A program made the translations under genes and the position numbers. From contig CM022675.1 of the NCBI GenBank assembly GCA_012295275.1, positions 9,734,001 through 9,798,000 of the forward strand: a stretch of 64,000 nucleotides of DNA. Direction: 5' to 3'. Below, in pieces: positions 1 to 15,090 of this stretch. The notes below the pieces were generated by a model. That model was not told the DNA's origin, made no database searches, and saw only the letters and a program-made list of their open reading frames with translations. Source of the stretch: Chrysomallon squamiferum (lineage: Eukaryota; Animalia; Mollusca). Numbering within the stretch: position 1 is the stretch's first letter; each line of letters starts with the position of its first letter.

Positions 1-569
1 AAAACAAGTCCATAAATTAGGACACATTATATGACGTAAGCCGAACACTCGATAAAACTCGGTTAAAACTCGTTTATTAACTTAATTATGGTTTACTCTG
101 TATTAATAGGTATTATCTGTTTGTATAATGGAGTCTTTAAAATATCAGTAGGCGGGTTTCTTTTCCTTTTTATCACTGCCATCACCATTATTATTATTGT
201 CATTATTATGCATACATACATACATACATACATACATACATACATACATACATACATACATGTATAGATAATACGTTCAAGTGTCCTCAGCGGCAAATGA
301 GTTGTGATTGAATTTCTTCTATAGTTGCTGTTTCGTTTCTATATAGCAACCTACATTAAACTGAGAATACTCAGACCTGAATACATACGTACATACATCT
401 ACTGATAGTACGTACATACGCACCGATGCACATAACTGTATACACATACATACATATATACATATATACATGCATGCATATATACATACATACATACATA
501 CATATATTAATATATACACACATCATTTTTTTTAATGTCAAATTTCATCAGCGAGAAAGAAGTTCACCG

Positions 570-671
570 TTTTTAACATTAATTCTATGTAAATTAGTCT
601 CCCGCTTAACGATACCTCAATTAACGAGTGTAATCTGGAACGAATTACATCGTTAGACCGAGGTATTACTG
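570..671 (-). mobile_element. Fragment (one end) of a pogo/Tigger-like TA-targeting MITE
   Basis: The reverse complement reads TA|CAGTAATACCTCGGTCTAACGATGTAATTCGTTCC..., resembling the left end of the intact MITE at 35655 (CAGTGGTATCTTGACTTACGAGTTTAATTCGTTCC). TA lies at 672-673. No partner TIR was found. Confidence 0.5.
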
Positions 672-869
672 TACATACACACACTTGCACACAAAAATGC
701 ACATATGTATGCAGGTTAGTGCATTTAGGTTGTAATCAAAATGTGTAGAGCAGCCATAAAGTATGTATTCATCAATTTTTACTTCGAAAACATCTGTGAA
801 ACTCGAGACAATCAAACGAATCATATTCGATGCATACAACGCATATGTATTGATGTTCATTCAGATTAG

Positions 870-1445
870 ACCGTGGCTTAAGCATCGTGATACGTATTGT
901 ACCGTGGCTTCTGTATCTTGATACGTATTGTACCGTGACTTCTGCATCGTGATACGTATTGTACCGTGACTTCTGCATCGTGATACGCATTGTACCGTGA
1001 CTTCTGCATCGTGATACGTATATTTACCGTGACTTCTGCATCGTGATACGTATTAAACCGTGACTTCTGTATCTTGATACGTATTGTACCGTGACTTCTG
1101 TATCTTGATACGTATTGTACCGTGGCTTCTGCATCGTAATACGTATTAAACCGTGACTTCTGTATCTTGATACGTATTGTATCGTGACTTCTGCATCGTA
1201 ATACGTATTATACCGTGACTTCTGCATCGTGATACGTATTGTACCGTAACTTCTGTGTCTTGATACGTATTATACCGTGACTTCTGTATCTTGATACGTA
1301 TTATACCGTGACTTCTGCATCGTAATACGTATTATACCGTGACTTCTGTATCTTGATACATATTATACCGTGACTTCTGCATCGTGATACATATTGTACC
1401 GTGGTTTCTGCGTCGTTTTACGTATTGTACCCTGACTTCTGTTTT
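870..1445. repeat. 31-bp minisatellite, ~18 copies (TGTACCGTGACTTCTGCATCGTGATACGTAT)
   Basis: ACCGT recurs at 870, 901, 932, 963 and onward (period 31). Two unit variants (GCATCGTGATA and GTATCTTGATA) are interspersed. Confidence 0.95.
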
Positions 1446-1545
1446 GTACCCCGGATTTTGTAAACTGATAGTTATCGTATCGTGATACTAATATATCGCG
1501 AATTCTGTGTTACACATTGTACTACTCCTAATAATACTAATATCA

Positions 1546-1585
<40 letters not shown>

Positions 1586-1783
1586 ATTATAAAATCACCT
1601 TAACGTGCGTATATCAGGAAAACATTATTTATTTTTCGTCCAGATTTCATTCTTTTCTTTTCTTTCTTAAAATATCTGTATCTACGAAATGACGTCACAA
1701 CAAAACGTAAAAACCAAAAACTGGACGCCTGTTTTAATTTATACAGGCTGTATATTGTGTTGTCATATTTTAATTATTATCAA

Positions 1784-1865
1784 AAGTTCGTGGTCGACTT
1801 AAAAAAAAGAAGAAGTAAAGATGACGTCATTTAAGTTCGTGGTCGACTAAAAACGATGATGTCAA
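1784..1865. repeat. Short tandem duplication (AAGTTCGTGGTCGACT...GATGA[C/T]GTCA) x2
   Basis: Two near-identical copies about 49 bp apart. Confidence 0.7.
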
Positions 1866-3033
1866 TTTATAACTTAAACAATTATTTTCCATACACGTTG
1901 CCTAGCAGCGCATTACTTATCTATCTGTTTATCATTAACAGTTGAATATCGCTTTAAATGGAGGAAAGCAAGACTAATAAATCAAGCGTTAAGCATTAAG
2001 GATTTACAATAAAATTATATTTTCCAAGCGAGGGGAGAATTAATTTCTTTTGGCGCGCTGCTGTGCTAAATATTTATGGCGCACAGCTGTAAAATGCATT
2101 TGAAAAGGTGGGGGGGCTGACGAAAAAAAAAAAAAAAAAAATAGCCATGTGTGTAAATTTCATAATAGGTAATTGAATACTTTCTGCTCCGGTGCGCGCC
2201 TGCGTAGTGGCAACACGCTAACGTGTCAGAACCCAGCCGATAAGCGAAGCTAAAAATAGATTGTACTTTAAAAGTGAGTCATAAAACATACACACAAGAA
2301 CTTACTGAATGGTGGTGTTATGTGCCCACTGGGTCAATATTTAAAAAAAAATAAAAAATATGGAAAAAATAAATAACAAAAATTAAAAAACTGATATATA
2401 TATATATATATATATATTGTTTTTTTCATTCATTCATTCATTCGTTCACTTTTTTATTTATTTTAATTACATCATTTTGTTTAATATTATTTATTGCATA
2501 ATTAGGGAGCGGTCCAGTCGATAGTTTTTTTCCGGGGTCTACGAGCTAAAAAGGGCCCGTCGATAAGGCCACTCCCCGCAAATTTCACCCTCTTCTTCCG
2601 TACAGTTTATTACAATAATATTACAAATTAAGTAACTGATGGAGTAAGAAAGAAGATAATACCATCTTATCAGGCAACCCTTTAATTAGCGCAAAACAGA
2701 GCAATGCCAAAATGGCGGTCCTGCAATGTAAAGTTAAACATAAACAGGCCTACATAAACACGCATCTAGCTACTTAAATATTTTTTTTTTTCATTAATCT
2801 TTCAACAAACTGATCCAGAATGTAGTTTAATGCACCCTTTGCATCTTTCGGATCAAAGAGTATTCCTGTAAATTAATTTTATAGCGACGCAAGGAGCATT
2901 TGACCTTTACATAGCGTTAATATTTAATACTGGAAAAAAAAAAAAAAAAAAAAATTAAAAATTAATAAAAAGGATGTATTGGCACGTGCTTTTGGTCAGT
3001 TCCTAGATTTCAGGAATAATAATAATAATAATC

Positions 3034-3071
<38 letters not shown>

Positions 3072-3130
3072 TATTAAAATTTTTTTTTTTTTAAATTTGA
3101 TGTGTTTATTTCTTTCTTTCTTACTTTCTT

Positions 3131-3161
<31 letters not shown>

Positions 3162-3196
3162 TTTTATTTATTGTTTTTGTTTTGTATTCCGAATAC

Positions 3197-3227
<31 letters not shown>

Positions 3228-3684
3228 GAATCGAATCGAACTGAATCGAGGTTTGCCCGGGCCTTGGTGTCTGTGTTTACCTATTAATGTATTCACGCAT
3301 GCGCTTATATGTGACTGCATGTAAGTATGTAAAGGTTAATGTATATTATTGATGTAGATATAAACAGACAGACAGAAAACAAATTGTAGAAAAGAAAGAC
3401 AGAAAAAAAGGAAGCAAAACAAGAGAGAAAATGCAGAAAAAGAGAGATAGAAAAAAAAAATACTGAAAAAGAGACATAGAAATGTGTATTACGTCAGAAA
3501 TTTGCTTTAATAAAATAATATTTCAAAATGGCATAAAAAGCACATTGACCCCGAAACGGGTTAATGGGTAAGTAATAGATCTAATCTTTTATAATGACAT
3601 TTTAAAAGTTATAAAAAAAAAAAAAAAAAGAATAATAAATAAGTCTAGGGCACAACAGCTGGTTCGCTTTTATAGTCGAATTTG

Positions 3685-3717
<33 letters not shown>

Positions 3718-4459
3718 ATAATAATAAATAAAAAAAATGTATCTCTTGTCTTTCATTGGTTCAAACATAAGGTAGAACGATAAAATGAAAAAAAAACAAA
3801 GAAAAAGAAAAAAACAAACAAAAAAAACAATTTGTCCTCAGATCTAGGTCAGACAAGGTTTGTAGTTATTTTCGGGTACAACCCCCCCCCCGCCTGATTT
3901 TTATTTCACATATGATGTAGTTACAGACCGTATCATTTGATATAAGTATGAGAACAATGGGCTCTGTTTTAGAAAATAGCACTTTTTATTGTTCTTGTTT
4001 TTGGGTTTTTTTTATCCATCGATTCATTTACCAAATTATGTATGTATTTATGTATGCATGCATGTATGCTTGTGTATGTATGCTTGTATGTATGTATGTA
4101 TGTATGTATGCATGCATTTATGCTTGTGTATGTATGCTTGTATGTATGTATACATTTTGTGTACCTTTGTAAGAAGAAAGACAGAAAAAATACAAATTAA
4201 AATAAATGATTTAGAAGTATAAAAATGGATTGCTTTTAGTTTTAGTTTTAGTTTTTTAGTTTTTAGTTTTTATTAATTTATTAGTGTTTTTTTTTTTTTT
4301 TTTTTAAATTATTTAAATTATTTTCTTACAACTGTTGTTACTGTTACATTGCATTTGTTTCTACGTTTAGAAAAGAAAATGCGACTTTCATGTGTTTGGA
4401 GTAAAAAAAAATGTACATATCACTGATGACGTCATCACTACGGAACATTTTCCTCCAGG

Positions 4460-4504
<45 letters not shown>

Positions 4505-4659
4505 AACTTCCGTTGCTAATGGCTTCTGAAGTCAGTGACCTACAGAGTACTTTTAAATTGTTAAAATTTGACTTTTTATATCCGTCCCAACTCCACATTG
4601 CCTGTATATTTTCTCTCCTTTTACTTTATTTATTTGTCTTTTATATGTTACAGGAGAAT

Positions 4660-4663
<4 letters not shown>

Positions 4664-4751
<88 letters not shown>
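4664..4751. repeat. (CT)n microsatellite, representative of many (CT/GA)n, (CA/TG)n, (AAT)n, (ACT)n and (TATG)n tracts in the window
   Basis: Pure dinucleotide run seen directly. Confidence 0.95.
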
Positions 4752-4754
<3 letters not shown>

Positions 4755-5467
4755 ATTTGGGAAATAATAAGTAATGCAGGCTATTTTCCCCTTTACTGGT
4801 GCCTCTATCATTCGATTTCTTTCTTTCTTTCTTTCTTTCTCTCTCCTTCTTCTTCTTTTTGTAAATGATAATAAGTAATTTAGAATACTTTTGATATTAT
4901 TATTATTATTATTAAGTTAAAGAAAGATAATCTAAAGTTTAAAAGTTAATGCCTTAATTACTATTGTTGTTTTTGTTGTTATTGTTGATGTTGTTGTTGT
5001 TGTTAATGTACAATAAAGAATAGTGATTTTATTTTTCTTAATTTATTTGTACTAATGTATTACTATATTTTTTGTTGATTTATTTATTTATTTATTTATT
5101 TATTTATTAATTTATTAGTATTAGTATTAGTATTAGTATTATCTTTTTTTTTTTTTTTTTCCCCTCACATTTCTGAGAGTGACGTCATCCTAAACACTGT
5201 AGTATATTGTTTTAGCGGAAGGATGAATGAACTTTCGGCATACACTGACCTAGCGGTGCAGGTCATCAGTACTTTTACAACTGTTATCGTAAGGAATTAC
5301 ATCCGATGATGTCACAATAGACCCGTGACATTTTGAATAGAAAAAAAAAAAAGGTCAAAAGGTTAACGCCATCTTTCAATGACCTGTCTAAGGCCAAATT
5401 GCTCTTTCGTTAGTTTGATTGTTTATTTTTACCTTCAATCCCGTTTTTGTTTCTCTTTTTCTCATTA

Positions 5468-5515
<48 letters not shown>

Positions 5516-6325
5516 TTATTTTATTTTATTTTTAAATTTTAGAACAATTAATATGTATTAATATATATATATATATATATTTATTTTTTTTTTATCAGTT
5601 TTTCATTATTAATATTTTTTTTTAACTTTCAAGACTTTTAATTAATATATTTTTTATTTATTTTAATGCCTTTCTCTCTTTTCCCTCAGACACTGTCCCT
5701 TTTTTTTTTTTTTTTTTTTTTTTCTTGTTGTTAAGCAACATTAATGTTTATTACTCTTGCTCACATTTCATATTAAACCACTTCCTCATTAGATACGACT
5801 GCGCACTACTGCAAAAATAACATGCACTCATTAAAAAAAAAAAAAAAAAAAAATTGTTAACAGGAAAACGGTATCGATTTTTGCGCGGAAATACATTTTA
5901 AAAAGAAAGAACAGAATAAAAAAAAAAAAAAAAAAAATAAAAAATAAAAATAAAAATAAAAATAAAGGGGAAAGTGTTTAAGTTACTGGAGTACGTAACT
6001 TCCGGTTTATGTGATGAAGTGCGGAAAGCAAAGGAAAGACTTAGCCGGAAATATAGGACAGAGGAACAGACAAAAAGGGGTGCGTGGGTTAAGAAGTGCA
6101 GTTTCTCGTACTAATTTAATATAAAAATAAAAATGATTAAATTTAGCTTAAACGGCCATCTTCGTCATCTATCCATGTGTACTGTTCTATCGATCTGTCT
6201 GTGTCTGTTTATCTGTTTGTCTGGTTACCTAATTTCATAATTCACGCGTCCGACTGTCTGTCTGCTTGTTTGTATTCTTTTTCTTCTTTTGTTCTTGCTT
6301 TGTTTTGACAAAATAGTTTGTCTAG

Positions 6326-6394
<69 letters not shown>

Positions 6395-7174
6395 CAATAT
6401 TATTTAGTCTTTATTCCATGACGCAGATGAAAGTTATTTATTTTATCTGACACGTGTCCTTCTGTCGGCTAATTTCGTTCATCCAGGATTATCTGTTCTT
6501 CCCTTATTCAGGACGCCATTTCTATAGGAATCTGCTGGATGTTTTAAAAACTGTGTGAAAATTTTTTGTATTATTAATTTAATTTCTGTGACGCCAGTTC
6601 AAGTCAAAATGTTTCTATGTGTAGGTGATCCTCTCAAAATGAATTTTTATTTGTTTTTAATTTTTACTCTCAGTTCGGTTTATAATCATGTCTTAAACAC
6701 AACTAGCACAAAGTCAACTTGCTAACGAAAAAATGTTTTCATGTACGGGTGTCTTATTTTAAGAATTTTTTAGTGAACCAATACATATCAAACAAAAAGC
6801 ACTTGTTTAGAAATGTATTAATTTGCGTCTGTTAAATACACCTTCGTTATTTATTTTACATTGTTTATTTTTACATTGTTTATTTTATATTCTAAGTAAA
6901 CATTTAGCCTGCATTCCAGACATCCGGACTACCTACATTCCGGTTCCATACTTACCGGATAAATAGTTGGGTAACTACCGGTATTATGGAAAAAGTAAAA
7001 ATGTTGGGACTGTATATAAATAACATTTAAGCATTAACTCGACGGCTATTTTCCCAAAACGACCTTTACATAACTAAATGTGGCTTAGTTATTAAAACTG
7101 CGTTATTTTTGATATACCCTTCCTGTTTCCAGCGAGCTATTGATTACTAATCGACAGAGAAAAAGGACTTCGAG

Positions 7175-7224
<50 letters not shown>

Positions 7225-7396
7225 AAAAGAAAGACATGTTTAGAAACATACGTTAAAAAGAGAAGAATGTTTTTTGAAACGAATAAAGAAGTAAAATTGC
7301 TTTTTCCTTGTTCTAAATGTCATTTCACGTTTCTGTCGAATCAATAGTCGCCTGCTTTTCATTTGTCGCACGTAACTTCAAGCACGTCAGGATAAT

Positions 7397-7430
<34 letters not shown>

Positions 7431-7535
7431 CTGGAGATTTGTTTGTTTGTGAGTTGTCGGCCATTTTGTTTACTTTTTCAACTGATATGGAAACTCGCAT
7501 GAGCAAACTGTTGTTCTATCAGTCAATAAATTATT

Positions 7536-7570
<35 letters not shown>

Positions 7571-8181
7571 TATTATTATCTGCATATTGTCATCCTGCTT
7601 GATTGTTTATGGTATTATTAAAAAAAAAAATTAATTTTTTGTTTTTTTTTTTTCATTCCACCATATTTTTACTTTTTTTCCCCCTTTCTTCTTCTTCTTC
7701 TTCTTCTTCTTCTTCTTCTTCTTCTTCTGTTAGGTTTTCTAATTAATCATACTTAAGTGAACAGGAATAATAATGTTTAATTTTTTTTTTTTTTTTTTTT
7801 TTTTTTCCTTATCCTTTTTATTTTAAATTCCGTATTAAATTTTTTCAGACATCTTTTCTCTGATTATTAGTCCGTCAACCGGAGAAAAAGAAGGGGAAGA
7901 AAAAAAAAGAAAGAAAGAAAAGCTGGATAATGTGCAGTTTCATTTTGGTTCTTTTTACATAATATTTTATTAAAATAAATGTAGGTGTAGGTGGACGTGG
8001 GTGGATGTTATTGATTAATCAAAAGGAAAAAAAAGAAAAGAAAATAACACACACATAAACCAGAGCGAGAGAGAGAGAGAAAAAAACAAAGGTGAATAAA
8101 AGGACAAAGGCAATTCACTGTTGTTTGTAATAGATTTTATTGATTAATAAACAGAGAGAAAAAAATAAAACACACACAAAA

Positions 8182-8214
<33 letters not shown>

Positions 8215-8734
8215 TAAAAAATAAAAAAAATAAATCGAAATAAAAAGATTGAAAATTCGATCGATAATGCTCTAACAAGCACTTAATTTGTTTAGTATTC
8301 TATATTAATGATGATGTTGATTGTGAAGAAACAAACAAAATAAAAAACGAAACAAACACAACAACAACAAAAAAAAACAAAAAAACCTTTTACGGTAAAC
8401 ATCAATTATCATAAATAGAAACGCAATCAATACTCAAATGTCACTGACCTCACGTTACGTAACAAATGATTGCGTCATTATAATTACTGTCACGATTTTT
8501 ACTGAGGAAACGGTAATCAATTACATCTTTATGTACCCACGATCAGATAATACAAAACGTGATTAAATATAGAATATGTCAGGACTGCGTTGAAGTGCAT
8601 TCCATCTTAATATGTGCAATGTGTTGCATGATTTGATAAAAAAAAAACACATAATAATAATAAAACTAATAAAATATGAGAGAGATTTTGTTATGAACTT
8701 ATATTATCGGAAAAGTATTAATTAATACAACCTA

Positions 8735-8783
<49 letters not shown>

Positions 8784-9257
8784 ATTAAATTAATTAGTTT
8801 ATTTTAAAATTACGTAGCAAAGCGATGACAAATTCAGAATACAATTATAATGTACACTAAATATGCACTAGTCGTTTTCATTTTACTAATCAAATTCTTG
8901 GCTTAAAATGTAAACAACTGAACCTGAAATATTAATAACCACATCCCTTGTTGCAAGCATAGATTTATGGTCTTACGTGCAATAAACAATATTCTGTTAC
9001 ATTCTGTTCTATTGTATTCTGCTCCAGTGTACCTGGCGTCGTTTGGGAATCAGCTGTCGTCTGCTACACTCGAGCAAAGCAGACGACCGAGATCGCTCAA
9101 TAAAACATGATAAGCGACCTTGACCTAAAACGCTGACACAAAAAATAAAACAATGTAACAGCCCGAAAAGACGATTAAATGATTAATTGGAGCATTTTAT
9201 ATAATAACGTTTTATATATATATATGTATATATATATGCCTCTGTGCGTGTGTGTGT

Positions 9258-9354
<97 letters not shown>

Positions 9355-10792
9355 ACTAACAATTTTTAAAAATATGAAGTAAAAATGTATGGGGAAAATG
9401 GAAATAAAATAAAAAAGTAGGAATAATAATAAAAATTAAAATAATAATAATAATAATAATGGTCAAGATAAACCGGTCTCTTATGATTACCGTAAAACAT
9501 CTTGATAACGCGCAGTTTCGGGGTTAAATTGAGGTCAGAATCGATTAAGGGACAACGAAGGTCTAAAAAAAGCCAGGGCGGGTAAAGCATGTTTTTTAAG
9601 GAGTTTTAGTTGTCAAAGATATAATAATAAATACATTGCGAAGATTGGTTAGATTTATTTATTTATTTAGTCTATTAGTAGTAGTAATAGTAGTAGTAAT
9701 TGTAGCAGAAGTAGCAGTGGCAGTGGTAGTTTTAGTATTAGCATTGCTGTTGTTGTTGTTGTTGTTGTTCTTCTTCTTCTTCTTCTTATTATTATTATTA
9801 TTATTATATCAAATTTACACATATTATCCACAAGCACGCCTTTCATGACATAAAAGGGGTGTTTATACCTGCCGTCCCTCCAACTAAATCCGCTTTTAAT
9901 TTAACCCACAAACATCTCACCTTTCTTAAGAAATAAAAACATTTGCAATCGCATTTTCTGTGCCAAATCTTTTTCACGCCACTTTACGCCTAGTTTGTTC
10001 AAAATAAATGATAAATATTACTGCAATATTCGTCTTACTTCAAACACAATACAATAGTTAATACCATTCATGCAACCAAACGACAATTGTTAAAAATATT
10101 TGCTGAAGCATGCAACGAAATCGGTGACTTATATTCTGATGAGCACGACAAAGAACAATGGTTTATTTTTACATATGGTTAGACGTAAATGAAAAATATG
10201 TTTGTTTGTTTCATTATTTATTTATTATTACTGATGTAAATTTGTGTTGTTATTATTATTATTTTTGTTATTGTTTTTGTTGTTATTGCTATTATTATTA
10301 CTGCTGTAATTATTTTATTTATTTATTTTATATTTAGTTATAATAAATAAATAAATCATAAATCATAAAAATCTAAATAAAAAATAAGTGAATAAAAATC
10401 TTAATAAATAAATAAATAAAAATCTAAATAAAGAAATAAATACAAATCTAAATAAAGAAATGAATAAAACAAAAGAAACAAATAATATAAGTATTAAAAC
10501 AAAGAAAAAAATACTGATTAAATAAAATAAAAACTGTATTTCAACGTGTTACAATTTTATCAAAAATATCTGACGTAGTCCTAAAATCAGAGCAGCCGAG
10601 CCCATTCAGGTCAGAGAGTAAAGTCAGCGACACAAGTTATTTGATTGGCTGACATTTATCGCATTTTAATCACGTGACCAACAGATGGCAATAAGTGAAA
10701 TGTGTGACAGAGATATGAACTGAGATTTCGACCACAGCTGTGCAGAGAAGGATGTTGTATCTGCATAGACAGGGGCTACATTTTTTACAGTC

Positions 10793-10864
<72 letters not shown>

Positions 10865-11791
10865 ATTTTCTTCATCTTTGCATGATGGTGTATCGTCTAA
10901 CCCGAACAATAACACTGAAATCTACTCTTATATATGTTTCTCCAGTTAATATATTATAAATTATATGTTTATAACAGCAATATTGTAATTTATACTTTAC
11001 TGTCACAGTAACTGATATTACACATATAAATATAAATTTATATCCCTGTTCGTAATTATATAGGTTACATTTTTGTAGGTCGACTGGTAACATTATACGT
11101 ACACGTGAGCAGTATGTGACGCAATATTAGATTTATGGTTTCATAGCAACACTTTTAATACAAATAATAATAATAATAATAATAATAACCAAAATAATAA
11201 CAAGAACAATGACAAAAATAATAGTTAGATAATAATAAACGAATAAATAAATAAGTAAGTAAATAAGTAAGTAAGTAAGTACGTAAATAAGTAAGTACAA
11301 AAATAAACAGTATTCGCTTAAATACCTGCCTAACTTGAGTTCGAACCTTGGTACATCCACCTAAACAAATCTAACTTTTATGATGCAATATAGCTAAATC
11401 TTCATTTATCTCTAATATCATTTAGTATCGTAGCATTCTCCGTATACTGTGTGCATAACATGCGAGCTTGAACTTTTGAAGACTAAAGTACTTTTAAGAG
11501 CGCTGATAAATGAATTTGGTCTTGCAATAAGAAAATGAATAGAAATAATGAATAAATATAGAGAAAAAAATAATAAATAAATAAATAAACAACAACAACA
11601 ACAATAATAATAAAAATAATAATAAAAATAATTAATAAATAAATAAACAAATAAATAAACAAAACAAAATTAAAGTACTGAAAAGATTAAAAAAACAAAA
11701 ATTGATTTGATAGAAAATTATTTATCTAGAACATGATTCTTCAATAAATTGATTTTTTTATTTTTTTTTATTTCGAAAATAATAATATAAG

Positions 11792-11824
<33 letters not shown>

Positions 11825-12128
11825 AAACGAGAGTTTTTTCAGTTACTGACGCCTATTATCTTTGTCAATAAAACTGATTATATATATTTTTTCATTTTCT
11901 GTTTTTCTGTCCGATTCATTTCAAGATAAATCAATGTTAACACGACACAAATTTTATCTGGTTTATATCACACTTATAAAACTTAAAAATTACCGTGGTC
12001 CAAATTTTCGGTTCTTTACAGCACACTAATTAGCATCTAAAATAAAATAAGCAATTAGTAAGGTTGAATTTTATATTGTTTACATCATCGTTCGATATTT
12101 TATTTTATTTTATTTTATTTTATTTATT

Positions 12129-12179
<51 letters not shown>

Positions 12180-12421
12180 TTAGTAGTAGTATCATTCTTA
12201 TTTATTTATTTTATATTATTATTATTATTTTTTTTTTTTTATAACAAACTAAATGATTAGTAAGCTTCAGTTTGTGTCAGTTTGATTTCACAATAAAATT
12301 AATTATTAAGTGCAGATTACGTTTGCTGATTTATAGATCACGGATTAACCAGGCGCCATATTGACAACATGTTACATTTTTGTCGAGACGTTTCCATTTG
12401 AGTCTCTTTGAGTGCAGATAA

Positions 12422-12454
<33 letters not shown>

Positions 12455-12504
12455 TTTTGCTAGGAAAGACAATTTAAAAAAAAAGTGGGGGGAAGAATCA
12501 AGGA

Positions 12505-12572
<68 letters not shown>

Positions 12573-14928
12573 TTCGTTTCTTGGGATGGGTTTGCTTATT
12601 TCCTAATACCATTACTACTACAACAAGAACAACTACTAATATTACCAGCACTACTACTGTAATTACTACTACTACTACTGCAACTATTACTGCAGCACTA
12701 ATACCATAAAATATTTATTTATAAACAAACAAACAAATAAATAAATATCAAAATATCAGAATAAAGTAAAATGAAAACTACGTAATGACCTATCTATTTC
12801 ACTTTTTTTTTTTTTTTTTTTTTTTTTATTTTTTATTTTTTTCCAGACGATATTTTCGTGAAAGGAATAACCTGTACCGTACTCGCCCAAACAAGCCCAC
12901 TTCACGTGACCTCGTGTGCAAATCTCGCGAGAGCGGAAATGTTTAAATACAAACAACATTTTTACACTGAACACACGAGGGATGCTAACACATCACAACG
13001 TTCGTCGTTAAAGGAACAAAAAAAAAAAAAAAAAAAAAAAGATGTCTACAAACCCGCAAGTATTATCAACAAAAGTTTTCAAAGTTTAGAAATTTTTCGT
13101 CGCAAGAAAACAAAGGATCAAGGTCGGTCATCCGGGTATTTTTAAATACAGATTACGTAATACGATCTCGGTTGCCTCTCTGTGGTTTGTTTACTCGGTA
13201 ATGCAATCGTGTTATGTCGCAAGCAGACTGACCAGGGAAACTAGCAAACAAACAGTATTATAAATCTTCTTTTTTAATCACAGAAATGGCGCGAATATTG
13301 TATTGTTTATCGATATCGAGTGTCTCGTATTGTCCGATATTTAGAGAGAGAGAGAGAGAATTAAATTAATTGCAATAAAAACTAAGAAAAGTCATTTTGA
13401 AAATTATCGAGAATATCACAACAATAACAACTACAAAAAAACAACAACAAAAAAAACATTAATAATTTTAATAATAGAATAATGAAACAACGACAACAAC
13501 AACAACAACAACAACAACAATAATAATAATTTAGCGACAGACAATATTTCAAACTCATCTACTTTCAACTATTTACAACCTAACCCTCCATCCAGACTCT
13601 CTAATTCATCCCCCCATTGCACTCTCTACAATAATGTTTTTTTTTTTTTTTTCCGCTCTTCTGTTACGCTCGTGACACCTAAACTATTGACCTAATTTCT
13701 GCTGACGTTCTGCTGACGTCAGAAGTCGTAATTAAATCTTCATGAAACATTTGATCGCATTTATTCTCATTGAAAAAACAATCTATACAGAAAACCGATG
13801 AGGAACAGAAAAAAAAAAAGAAAGAAAATCATAATGATCTAATATTGACTACAATAAAGAATTTTTTTTTTTTTTTTCCCATTTACAGAATATCTATATT
13901 TGCACTCTGAAAAGAGGTATCGACAAAAGCAAATGTCTAAATATGATAAGTATGAGAAAAACAAGAAAAGAAAAATCTATATTTCTCACTGATCAGACAT
14001 ATTGCTGAAAATAGATTGTAATTAAGCAAGGCGCCATAGGAATAAAATGAGGTGCAGCAAAGCCTGGGGAACCAGTTCAAAAATACCGTAACTATTCTAT
14101 TTTTGACTTATATACGTAAATACTTAAAAGTAAACACACACACACGCACGCACACACACACACATTATATACTACATACACACCTATATAAGTATATACA
14201 CAAATACATACATACATTTATATATAGTAATAATAATAAAATATACGTACACACAAATATATATAGATGCACACATATATACATACATACATACACACAC
14301 GTATATAGATGTATACAAATAATCATACGTACATACATAATTACATACTTAAACATCAACATCCACTAACATACACTTACATAACGTACATACAAACGTA
14401 AATACAAACGAAGTACATCGGAAAATACAATTTTCTGGGCGACATATTAGTTTACAAAACTCGGAAAAAAAAAAATATTTAAAAATTATTCAGAGTTAAA
14501 CATTAAAACCAGTGTTAAACATTAAAAAATAATATAAAAAAAATAATAATAATAATAAAACATAAAAATCTTATTTAAAACGTCGGTTAAAAAGAAAAAG
14601 AAAAAAGAAGAAAAAAATTATTTTTTTTTTTTTTTTTAATTCAAACCGTTGCTATTAAAAAAGAAAAAGAAAGAAAGAAGAAAGAAAAAGAAAAAGAAAA
14701 GAAAAGAAAAAATATATAATATATATATATATATATAAAAAACATAACCTCAAACTGAACTGCTATGAATAGCGAACAGAATCACGACGTTGCTATGAAA
14801 ATCGATGGCTATGTTGTTGTTCCCAGGTGAATGCAAAATAACCATACATTATGTATATGATGTGGCCCACTGAACCAGCGAGGTTTAAACTGTAAACGCC
14901 TTTCAGTGGAGGGAGAAAAAAGAGAGAG

Positions 14929-14959
<31 letters not shown>

Positions 14960-15057
14960 TATAAAAAAGAAGAAAAAAAAAGAAGAAGAAAGATGATATT
15001 ATAAAAATGATTTTATTATTATTATTATTATTAATTTTTTGGGAGAGGTACTTTAAA

Positions 15058-15090
<33 letters not shown>

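Noticed and set aside
870-1445. 31-bp repeat array as a CRISPR array
   Set aside because: Units are contiguous with no unique spacers, there are no cas genes, and the context is eukaryotic.
10110-10165. Hammerhead ribozyme (CGAAA ... CTGATGAG)
   Set aside because: The core motifs are present, but the intervening sequence is too short to form stems I and III, and stem II does not pair.
11335-11365. B-box-like GTTCGAACC as a SINE or tRNA
   Set aside because: Isolated 9-mer with no A-box or supporting structure.
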